A DNA stretch of 30,078 bases from Caecitellus pseudoparvulus (lineage: Eukaryota; Protista; Bigyra: Bicosoecida), in the NCBI GenBank assembly GCA_965644315.1, contig CBFFRQ010000115.1, positions 1-30,078 on the forward strand. Direction: 5' to 3'. Position 1 is the first letter of the stretch. Every line of letters starts with the position of its first letter. The notes under the pieces were generated by a model. It was not told the DNA's origin, did not search any database, and saw only the letters and a program-made list of their open reading frames with translations. Positions 17,869 through 28,000 of this stretch are shown here, in pieces. A program made the translations under genes and the position numbers.

Positions 17869-20800
17869 CTACAGGAATTGCCGCAACAGATTGCTGGCGG
17901 CGTCGACGCCCGCCAGTACCCGTGTCCAGTGAGCCTGGGTCACAGGAAGCACTGGCACGCTGTGCAGCCCGCTGGCGAGCACGCGTCCAGCGACTGCCAG
18001 AGGGGCACTCACTCCCTCATCGACTCCAAGAATCACCACCCGTGCGCCCGTGTTCACTAGGGCTGCTTGCAGGAGCAGTGCCACCTGCTCTATGTTCTGG
18101 CCAGGGCATTGGGCCAACAAGTCAGGCCAAGACAGGGCGACAATGGCACCACTTCCACAACATGCACATAGGGGCGAAGCAGGAGATGACTGTGGCCCGC
18201 TTGCGCTGCTGGATGGGCAGTGGAGTCCGGCTGACGTCAGCACCTGCCTCAATGAGTGCGGGGATGGCTGTTTGGCACTTCCTCTGCTGTGCCCGGTTGC
18301 ACCACGATTATGGTCCAGACTTTCAAGCTCCCGTGCGCCGACAGTGTGTACTGGTACGCCAAGCAATTTGGTTCCTGTTCTGCCAACTACCAAGGGAGAC
18401 ATTGGACGCCGTCCCTTCCTGCGATGAGTCTCAGATTCCATCATGCTCTGCGACGCGAAGTCTTCCAGAGATGTTGGCAGAAGAAGCAGTGAAACGTGAG
18501 ACCCATTTACAGCGTTTGTGCCGCTACCGCAAACGAAAACAAAGGACCCTGCGTCCGCAGCCTGTTGCTGCTTTGCATGACACGTGTCAACCAGGCAGCA
18601 AGCTCCGTCATGCCCAGGCACTTCTTCAACATTCGCGACAGCGCTCTTTGCTGGGTTGATACAAGGGGTGCGACCCAGCACTGCCGAGCTTAGCAGCACT
18701 ACCGCAGCTAACACGAATACGACAACAACGGTGCAGTTTGACTTTCGATCACGTTCACAGCGAAAGCAATTGAGCCGCACAGAAGAGGGGTCACACCCTG
18801 TGCTTTGCGCACTCACAGGTCTTCCAACCACGCAGGTTGCCTGAGCGCAACCAATATGCACACGCCGATGCTGACCGCGGCAGCGGCCGCTGAGTGAGCT
18901 TCCCCAATACCCTCTCACAACAACAAGGTAGGCAATACACGCCATGAGTACACACATCAAGACCCACAGCGCTGGTGTGGCACCCCATTTGGGACTACAA
19001 ACGTCCAAGAAGAGTCCACGGTGGTGGAGCCTCCTGTCCGCGCTTGCCCATCGGCGTTCGACAACAGACATGTCTGCGCATCCGTCACACACTGTGGTAT
19101 CAATCTGAACGGGAAAGTGCATGCTCCACCCAAGCAGGCCATTGCCCAGGCCAAGAAAACCATGGTGCGCTGCCGCCGTGTGTGGCTCCGCAGCCGCGCC
19201 ACTTGGCCACCATGCGGACGGCACAGTGCCGGCTTGCAGCTTCCACCGAGGCTGAAGCACGGCAAAGACGCTGGCACTGTTAATGCGGTTATGGACACAT
19301 GGCTGCGGCGACAGCCAACCTGCCTGGCCCCCACGCTCACAGTCTCGCCACGCCTGCCACCCAGCTACCGAGGAGGAGTTGGTGACTGCTGGCAACGTTA
19401 ACGGCGCTTCTAGATGAGGAAGCGTGGCTTCAAAATCAGGCTGCTGCAAGACTCCAGCATGACGAATCACTCTTTGAACAAGTGCTGCCAGTGCTGCCTC
19501 GCCCGCCTTGGCAGTTTTTGCTTCAGGGTCTTGGCGCAATAAGTCCCCTGCCCACCCAAGTGACGCCAGTGCGCCTACCACCCCTCCAAAGCCAGTGTCC
19601 AACAGCTGCACAGCACCTAGACTCTGCGCTGTGTTGTGCCTGCTAGGGGGCGGCCCATGCCTAATTGCGCAGCCCAGCAGCGCCTCACGTTGCTTGCGAG
19701 ACACACCTGGCAACGGCCCGTCTGTCTCCCAGGAAGCGCCGCAAGTGCCGCTGATAAGCGCACTGCTCGCCAAAGCAGCCACTGTCTCAGCAGAACCAGC
19801 ATTCTCTGCCAGAATATCACACGCAGGAATAAACTCAGCGGCACCGGGTGCGGCGCAGGCAGCCTGTAGTTGAAGCAGCGCCACGCCCAGCAGAGAAGCA
19901 CCAGCAGGCAAGTCCAGACTGGCGTTTGAGACGGTGGCGACTGGGAGGGACAGCTCATCTAACGCCGCAGCAGAGAGCATGATCGGGGAGCACTGAGAGA
20001 CACCTGCAGAGCGCGGCTCGTATCGCAGTCCAAGCAAGCGCACCACATCTCGCTGGGGCCCGCACATTGGGGCTGCACCTGTCAGGCTTGGCAGAGTGAA
20101 GTCTGCGGTGCCGCCTTGCTCTGGATCATGCTCTGCCTGCTGAGCCGGCGCGAACCAGGCCCCTGTTGACGGCTGCTTCCATGGTGATGCAGCAGCAATT
20201 TCTCGATGCCACGCAGCACGGGCTGCACCCGGGCGCCCTTCCCACGCCCCCAGCACCGCAGAGCGTGGGTGCACACGCGGCAGGCCGCCTTCCGCGGGGC
20301 AAGGCTGTTGAACAAGCTCCAGTCGCGGATGGGCGTACCAGCCAGCAGCAGCTGCTGCAGGAACGCCTTTGGCGGGCACTGCGTGCGTCACGCCATCTTG
20401 CTGCACCATGCGCCTCAGGCGGGGGCTGCCGTCCGGAGCAGAGTCCCACACCACACTGCGGTAAATGCCATTGCCACCCAAGTACAGCACACTCCCACCC
20501 AGGCGTTGATAGTGTGCCAGTGCGTCGTACATCGGCGCACTCCAATATTCTGGGTGCGCTAGCAGCAGAATCACGCGGTATCGAGCCAGCAACCAGGGCC
20601 CCTCAGTGTGCACGTCATAGTCTGTGATGTAGTCCGTGTTGCTTGGCTGCAGCACACCTGTTCGCGACCACAGCAAATGAGCAAGACCCACCTCTTGAGC
20701 TATGCCATGCCCCCATGTATGCAGTGCGCGGAACTGACTTGTGCGAAATCTTTCCAGAGCAGCATTCACTGCATCCAGGCATGGTGGGGGGGGTGCACTG

Positions 20801-21786
20801 CCTCTCGATCCCGGCTGCAGTAGTTGCCCAAGCGGGGGACAAGATGTGGCGACCTGTTCGTCACGCCCATCGGCTGCTAGTGCCTCCCGCCACAGCTGCT
20901 CGTCATTCTGGATGCCTGCTGCAGCTTTCTCAGCGGGCAGTGCGCCAGCGCCGTACTGGGAAACCAGGCCTGTCAGTGGCCGGGCGTGACTCACAGTCAA
21001 CTCCTGTTGCCGCGGCGGAAACACTACGGGTGGGTGCTGCGGGCATTTGTTCTTGTCCACCACGTTCGAGGGCGACTTCAGCCCTGGCTTGGTGTGAGAC
21101 CACGTGTACAATGACATATCACAGGCGCCAGCAGTATTGTACGCTGCCCACGTATTTGTGTTGGCCACGACAGCTACATCCGCAGCAGAGGCATTCAGGG
21201 GCGATGCGCCACACCCTGCAAACACAGCAGCCGCTGCTGAATGGGGCGGGAACACGGCTGCATCGGTCGCTGCTGGTCCAGCGGGTGGGCAGGCGCCTCG
21301 CAGAAGCGCTACAGAGAAGAGGCCACCACCCCAGGTGCCGGAAAACGGTACCGCTGCCACGACAGGCCATCCCATGCCTTGGAGGTGCGGCACTGCACTG
21401 GTGCGCTTTGGCGGCTGCCAGGAGTCTTGCAACCATGGCTGTCTCCTGAAAGGCACCGAAAAGAGCCCCACCAAAGCAGCTGCGTGGCGCTGCCGCACCA
21501 GCGTCCGTTGACGTGCGCCGCCTCGCTTGGCAACGGCAGCACAGAAAGATGCATCTCCTTCAATCGCCCAGGAGCGAAGAAAAGTGTAATCTCCATGAAT
21601 AGGGGCGGTGCTGCCTGCCTCCACACAGCGTAGGGCGCCAGCGTAGGCAGGAGCGGCTGGAGCTGTGCCTTCGGAATTTGCTACAATGCTGAGCACGAAG
21701 ATCCACACAGGCAAGAACAGAAGGTGCCACGCACGCATCCCCATACTGCTAGTGTAAGGAACTGTAAAATGTAAGCCTGAGGGCAT
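17869..21786 (-). CDS. Secreted/membrane-anchored protein with an N,N-dimethylformamidase large-subunit-like domain
   Basis: Signal peptide (MRAWHLLFLPVWIFVLSIVANSEG). Family motifs NTNTWAAYN, SLY, VSHARP and DYITDYDVH..LLARYRVILLLAHPEYWSAPMYDAL..GGSVLYLGGNGIY. TM segment ALWVLMCVLMACIAYLVVV (~18915-18975). The last ~350 codons are less certain. Confidence 0.78.
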   Translation of the reverse strand: MPSGLHFTVPYTSSMGMRAWHLLFLPVWIFVLSIVANSEGTAPAAPAYAGALRCVEAGSTAPIHGDYTFLRSWAIEGDASFCAAVAKRGGARQRTLVRQRHAAALVGLFSVPFRRQPWLQDSWQPPKRTSAVPHLQGMGWPVVAAVPFSGTWGGGLFSVALLRGACPPAGPAATDAAVFPPHSAAAAVFAGCGASPLNASAADVAVVANTNTWAAYNTAGACDMSLYTWSHTKPGLKSPSNVVDKNKCPQHPPVVFPPRQQELTVSHARPLTGLVSQYGAGALPAEKAAAGIQNDEQLWREALAADGRDEQVATSCPPLGQLLQPGSRGSAPPPPCLDAVNAALERFRTSQFRALHTWGHGIAQEVGLAHLLWSRTGVLQPSNTDYITDYDVHTEGPWLLARYRVILLLAHPEYWSAPMYDALAHYQRLGGSVLYLGGNGIYRSVVWDSAPDGSPRLRRMVQQDGVTHAVPAKGVPAAAAAGWYAHPRLELVQQPCPAEGGLPRVHPRSAVLGAWEGRPGAARAAWHREIAAASPWKQPSTGAWFAPAQQAEHDPEQGGTADFTLPSLTGAAPMCGPQRDVVRLLGLRYEPRSAGVSQCSPIMLSAAALDELSLPVATVSNASLDLPAGASLLGVALLQLQAACAAPGAAEFIPACDILAENAGSAETVAALASSALISGTCGASWETDGPLPGVSRKQREALLGCAIRHGPPPSRHNTAQSLGAVQLLDTGFGGVVGALASLGWAGDLLRQDPEAKTAKAGEAALAALVQRVIRHAGVLQQPDFEATLPHLEAPLTLPAVTNSSSVAGWQAWRDCERGGQAGWLSPQPCVHNRINSASVFAVLQPRWKLQAGTVPSAWWPSGAAAEPHTAAAHHGFLGLGNGLLGWSMHFPVQIDTTVCDGCADMSVVERRWASADRRLHHRGLFLDVCSPKWGATPALWVLMCVLMACIAYLVVVRGYWGSSLSGRCRGQHRRVHIGCAQATCVVGRPVSAQSTGCDPSSVRLNCFRCERDRKSNCTVVVVFVLAAVVLLSSAVLGRTPCINPAKSAVANVEEVPGHDGACCLVDTCHAKQQQAADAGSFVFVCGSGTNAVNGSHVSLLLLPTSLEDFASQSMMESETHRRKGRRPMSPLVVGRTGTKLLGVPVHTVGARELESLDHNRGATGHSRGSAKQPSPHSLRQVLTSAGLHCPSSSASGPQSSPASPLCACCGSGAIVALSWPDLLAQCPGQNIEQVALLLQAALVNTGARVVILGVDEGVSAPLAVAGRVLASGLHSVPVLPVTQAHWTRVLAGVDAASNLLRQFL

Positions 21787-21939
21787 GCTGCTGCGCGGTC
21801 AAATAAATTTGGGGCCTCTGAGGGCAGAAACTGGGTGAACAGGCTTGCTGCCACACATGTGACAATTCGGAATCACTCAAGTTTCGAGCAACCAAGACAC
21901 CCAGCATCGCCAATAAGCATACTTTTCGAGCCACACTGG

Positions 21940-24625
21940 TTATACCATTTCTACACTTAGGCTTCGACCGCTCCCTGCGGCGCCACCACGCATTTGCTGC
22001 TCTCCAACACTCTCCGGACTGCCAGTGGACGCAAGTGGGCCTGCTGGAGCCACATCTGCACCTTCAGCCTCTCCTTCTAGCTGAGTTCGGGCTGAAATTC
22101 CTGCCTGGTGGGCGCCGCCCAGGGCAGTGTGAGCGTATGGCGTGGCCTGCAGAGCAGGCAGGCCAGCACCCGAACCTGCTTTCGCGGTAGCAAGCAGCGA
22201 AATGCCTTGCGCGTCCTCTTCACACCCGTCGTAGAGGCTGACGTCAATGCGCCTTGCTTCAAGCTCAGGCTTCATCCCATCAAGCAGGCGACGGAAGAGG
22301 GCCAGCATGCTGGGCTGCACCCCGCACACCTGCATCCTGCACCTGCAATGCTCCGTCGGGTGGTACACTCTGGAGAGCTCGACCCAGCCCACAATGCTCT
22401 CAAGCATGCTTGAGCAAGCGCGCGTCCCAGCTTCGATGACGCGTTCGCCATCAAGTTCAGCTGCCTTGCAGATGGAGGCGTACTGGTCCAGGCAGACTCC
22501 GCCCCTGAGTCTGGTGTCCGGTTCGAATCGCAGCACGAGCTCGCGGCTCGTTGGTGGGAGCAGGTCTATCCCAGGGGATGTGATGCCCATGAACGTCAGC
22601 GGTCGTGCCCGTTCGCTCGTACCATGAAGCCCCTTGATAGTGCCGCCATCCTCCAACTCAACGCAAGCTGCAGCGGGCTTGGGAGACACGAGAAAGCGAG
22701 TTGGGGCGGTGGGCGATGGCGTCGTAGCCACACTCGCTGCGCGCTTCGCTTCCTCCTCAGCCTTTCGTTGAGCCTCCAGGTTTGCCTGGTGGACCGCTTC
22801 GCGCTCAGCTGAGATAGCGACGGTCTCATTGAACAGGCTCGTCGCGGAGCGCCCTGCCTGCACCACGACACAACTGAGAGGCACCATGCCCGGAAACACG
22901 ACTGCTTCGATGGTCATAAGATCCTTCAGCCGACGTTTTGCATCCTTCGCCGCGTCAGTCTCGCCGTCTACAACGGCAGCACCGTCGGCCCTGTCTTCCC
23001 TCAAGCGCTCAGCGAGGACTGCTCGCTGAACGTAGGTCCAGAATCCGGGTTTGCCGTCGTCGCTTTCGAGCAATGGCTCTGGCTGATATTGTGCGATGAA
23101 GACTGAGAAATCTACAATGGTTTCAAACCTTTCTAGGGTTGACGCACATGCAAGGCCCCGAGCAAGCAATTCTGCTCCGCTCGGGCAAACGTAGCAGTGT
23201 GTCATGGATGCAGACCGGAGGTACTGCGAGTTGGCGATGCACTGCCCAAGCCGGTGGGCGGCCCGGGCTGACAAGAAAGCTAGCGGGAGGGAAAAGGAGC
23301 GCAGGCGATCAATGGAAATGAGCTGAGCAGTCCACCAGCCAGCCCATGCAGGGAGAGTTTCGACCCGAAGCGGAAGGCCACCGGGCAGCTCGTCAACTTC
23401 TTCAACGCAAACGCCCTGGCGCTTCATCTTTTCGGTTTCTGTATGCCCCTTCACAGCCACAAGGCGAGCCAAAGTCAAGTCTTTGTGGTATTTCACATCA
23501 CTTCGGTGCCACAGTGCATCACGCTTCAAACCATCCCGTAGCTCTCCTGAACTGGAAAAAACGCTGTTGGCGCCGGTGATGGAGAGAGCCAGTGTCACGA
23601 CATACTGTAGGAAAGTCTGATCTTCCACGGCCAGGGATGCGCTGTACGTGAGGTAGATGTTCAGTACAGCGGAGAAGAGGGACGTCAGCATGGACACCAC
23701 CACGAGCGGGAGGCTGTCTTCCAAGGTGCCGCTGGCTACGATGTACAGCTGGAGAATGGACTGTGGAGCGCTCTCGAACACCGACTCCAACACCTTGCGA
23801 AGGCCTGGGTACCGGTGGAACACCGTGTAGTCATAGCACACCCCAGCTGGAAATACTACGCTCGTCAGGTCCAGCGCGGTCCCCACGATAGTGCCCTGCG
23901 GCAAAGACGTGCTGTAAGTGAGGGGAGCCTGGGTCGCGTACCTCGGGAAGAGCAGCAGATTCTTACAAAAACAGCCGCAAATGGGAGTTGGAGACATACG
24001 ACTACGTACACAATGCAGGACGGTCTGTCGCAAATGAAGCAAGGAGTGGGTGCAAGGTGACTGCGCGACCGGTTGCATGGGTGCCCCCTGCACGCACAAA
24101 CCCTCGCTCTGACCGAGCTGAGCAGCCTGAATCCCACCCGTAAAGAGGTAACCAAATATGGTGGTGGGCAGCAACCTGTACGCGCCTTGCAGCGGAGCAG
24201 ATGTGGGGCGGACGGGCGCAGCAACGGCTGGCGTTTCATCGCAGCAACGGACATGAAAATAATGCCCAAGCTCATGGGTACAACCGCTCCCGCCGCAGCG
24301 AGCTGGGTGATGACCAAGATGTCACCGACAATGTCCCAGATAAAGAGCACCGCACCGAACAACTGGGTTGTGATGCTAAGCGTCGCATACGCGCATGGCT
24401 TTTGCTGGGCGTGGTGGGTGGAAAACTTGCGTTTCATCTTTGCTGCGCCTCGCTCCGAACGCTGAGTGCACGTACCTCCTGAAAAGAAGTCATGGTGCGC
24501 TGCCACTTCCAAGCTGTGTGTGCTGAGCCCTTTGGCGGGGGTATGTGTTGCATCAGCCTGATGTACAGGTCTGACGCTTCCTTTGCAGGAGGCTCATCCT
24601 TGCCATTCGCACCATCTTGCGACAT
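21940..24625 (-). CDS. Multi-pass membrane protein with XK-related motifs and an RNI/LRR-like cytosolic region, ~797 aa; exons 24625-24476, 24404-24253, 24175-24098, 24024-23967, 23895-21940
   Basis: Four GT-AG introns (71, 77, 73, 71 nt) give one continuous frame. It contains TM1 WDIVGDILV, ESVFESAPQSILQLYI (ExxPQxxLQ) and further TM segments, then LGQCIANSQYLRSASMTHCYVCPSGAELLARGL (LRR-like). Confidence 0.75.
23896..23966 (-). other. Intron 4 (71 nt) of the XK-like gene
   Basis: TTT|GTAAGA ... CCGCAG|GGC, phase 0. Confidence 0.75.
24025..24097 (-). other. Intron 3 (73 nt) of the XK-like gene
   Basis: TT|GTGCGT ... CGACAG|A, phase 2. Confidence 0.68.
24176..24252 (-). other. Intron 2 (77 nt) of the XK-like gene
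   Basis: AT|GTCCGT ... GTACAG|G; restores the TM helix GIIFMLLPTTIFGYLF. Confidence 0.7.
24405..24475 (-). other. Intron 1 (71 nt) of the XK-like gene
   Basis: GAG|GTACGT ... GCCCAG|CAA, phase 0. Confidence 0.75.
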
Positions 24626-25022
24626 GCTCTGGCACGTTCGTGGCGGGACCTGCACAAGCAAGGATCAGGAGAAGGCGCCGGCCTTGAGTGCGATAGTCAC
24701 AGGCGAGAGGTCCTGGCATGCGGCCATGGCAGCAAATAGCAGGAATTTGCATTTGTTACACCCAGTGCCCAACAGTGATGCAGTCCGGCTTGGTCGTTAG
24801 AGCGCCAGAAACGGTCGCTGCATATCTACCGTGCTGTGCCAGATTGGTATGTCCAAGAAGGCATGCTCTTGAGGACAATCAGCAATGATGACATCACGCA
24901 GGGCACGGGCTTGTCGTCTTGAGGCTGATTGGGCTCGCATTCATGCTCAACGTGACTTTCGTCACCTATCGCATCCACTCCTCATGACCGATTCCTCCCT
25001 CACCAGAGTGGTGCCGCCCTTC

Positions 25023-28000
25023 TCAGAGTTGGCCGCGGTGCTTGCCCGCAGCAAGTATCCCCACTTTCGAAACAAACGCGGGTTCACGTACGGGCTGCTC
25101 AACCTCCTGCCAGCCTAAACCCGCTTCAGCAACGCAAGTTGCGAGCTGGGAGTCGTCTCGGGATTCACTGCACTGCTGCACAGCCCCATCACTACGCCGC
25201 CGCTTTCCAGTAACAGTCCACTCACTAGGAGACTGCCCACCAAACGCTGCCATCAGAAGGCTGACCCGCTGCCAGCACGTGGCCACAGCCCAAACGCGCT
25301 GCAAGCTTTCACAGCGCCCTTCTTTTGCCCTCGGAGAGAGGCCTAGCGCCCCGTGCGCGACCGCAACTGCGTGCCAAAGCCCGCCGAAAACGATGCTCAC
25401 CCCCAAAGCAAGTGCAAGACACAAGAAGCCCACCACGATCACCGTACTGGTGGCTTCCACGACCGATACAGCCCGCTCCTGGCCTGACTCCCCACGCAGC
25501 TCGAAATCCATCAACCCCAACATCGAATCCACCCACAAACTGGACTGGGACGCCACCGACAGCACATTCAACGAGCTCGACGTGTACGGCTGTGCCGCCA
25601 CGTGCAGCACCAGCCCGATGCCCAGCACACCTGACACTGCCGCCGCACGAGCGAAACGAGCCTGCACCGTCACTGCCAAAGCCAACAGCAGCACCTTCTG
25701 CAGCGTGATCAATAGCTCCCAATACCAGTACCCACCACAGCATGCGCCACGAGCCTGTACTCGGTACCCTTCGTACAGGAAGCCTGCAGCGTGCTGGAAG
25801 GCCCGCACATGTAGGCGCCGTCTGTTCATGCGCAAGAAGAGCATGGCGCCGATGGGGGCGCCGAGCCCCACGAACACCAGACCAAGGCCTGCGAGAGCTC
25901 GAGCAGGTCCGAAGGTGGCGTCGAAGGAGCCGTGGCCAAGGCTGTGGCGGAACACGGTGAACCCAAAGATGGGGTCGGGAAAAGTGTCAAGGAACTTGAT
26001 GAAGGACTCCACAACGCCAAAGTGGACGAAGAACAGGGCAATGAGAGCTGTCCGGGTTGCATATGCGGACAGCGGCAGAGCAACAGCTGGTGAGAATGTC
26101 GCTGCCCTGGACATCCAGCTGCGGGTTGGCCTGCCACGGGGCCCAATGTCCGTCCAAGTGCTGGACGTGTCACGGGCAGAGTGACGGTCACCTGTTCTGC
26201 TCGTGTCAATGGGTGGGGGGAGAAAGTCCGATGCAGTGCGCGATCCACTGCAAACTGAAGAATCATCAGACTCGTGTGCTCGCTCCGATATGTGTGACTG
26301 CAGCGCTTCTCCGGAGAAGCCGAGCGCCTCGGGGAAGGAAGGTGCTGCCCGACCTGAGGCAGGCAGAAGGTCATAGTCCATGCTGAACTGCGCCAAGTCA
26401 AGCGAGGCTTCGACGCCTTGGGGCTCGCGACCAGGCAACTGCAAACTGTCAGCGGGAGCTGCGTGCTCACCATGGGCGCCAGCGTCAGCAAAAGCTCCCC
26501 GTGGATCATCGCTCACCGCACGCAAGATCAATCGTGCCCCATGCTGTGTTCGAACTGGTTGACTGGCACATGGCCCAGCAGGGCCGCGCGCTCTCATCGG
26601 TGACACACCTTGCGCGCTCTGTAAAGCATGGCCGTGCTTGACACCATCGGCGGAGACGCCAAGGAGGTGATGAACGGACAGTGAAACTTGAATGGGTTTC
26701 AGCGCATGCCTGGGAGCTACTGATTCTGCAGGGTAGCATTTTGCAGCCACACCGGACGCCCGAACGGCCCACAACAACGCAAAAGGAAGCAGCACACACA
26801 CCACCGGCAACGCCAGCGCCACGTACAGCTCCTCGTAGAAACCCAACCGCAGTCCACACTGCACGGCGGGACTCGAGGTCGAAAAGCCCTTCACCGCCAC
26901 ACCCAACGCTGACAGCACCCCGTCCAGTGGCTTTGCAGGCGACAGCCCCGCTGCACTCAACAGGGCTGCCACCTGGGCCCATGATGACACGACACGGAAC
27001 ACCGCAGCAGGGGGCGTGCTCACACCCTGCCCAGACCGGTTCAATGTCAGATACACCACGAACCCCAACGCAATCACCATCGTCAGCACCGTCACTGCCA
27101 CGTCGCTGCCGTCTCTCGGACATGCTGTGCAGGGCGTGTCGGGGCCAGCCCGCCGCCACCCTGCCTCACACTCCCCACACATCGCCCCACGGTGCCCTTC
27201 CGCACATTGCACCACAGAGCCATTGGCGCGGCACACCGACGCAGGGGAACAAGGCAACATGGCACTGTCTGACGTCAAGGTCGGGCGCCCAGGCCCAGAT
27301 CCCACCACAGCAGCCAACACCCGACCCCCTCTCAACCCGTACAGCGACCGGTACCCGCCCAGCAACGCCGGCGCAGCCGAAGAGAAACCTGACTGTGGCA
27401 GACACTCCTCACACCACACCCCACCCTGTAGCACCAGCTGCCCCCCCGCACACACAGCGCCTTCCTCCGGGCACTCGATGCACACTCGGCCACCTGGACC
27501 AGCGTATGTCCCTGCAGCACACTGCCGGCACACTGGAGCATCCAGCACAGTCCCAGCCCGCACAGTGCCAGGTGCACACGCCTCGCACGCCAGGCCAGTC
27601 TCTGACGCAGTCCCCTCTGCAGGGGTCTGGAAGCCCTCAGCACACTCGCACTGCATGGCACCTGGCGCCAGGCGCTGACTCGCATCACACGCTGGTGGCA
27701 CAACCACCACAGACACGACGCTGTCCCCACCCTGCCCCGGCACACCATACCCGCCTAGGCGCACCCGCAGTGCAGCACTGCCCACACTGAGCGGGCGCAG
27801 CTCCAGGGACAGCATGCCGCCTTGGCCTGTCCCCAGGCTCACCGCCACTGGGCATGACTGGCTCAAGCATGTCACAAGAGGCAGGCTGCGCAACATACTG
27901 CCCCTGCCCACTGCATCAGACACGTCCAGGTACAGTGTGCGCCGCTCCACACTGGCATCGGCGGCGATGACCAGTGACTGCCCAGTCCGTGACGGCAGCA

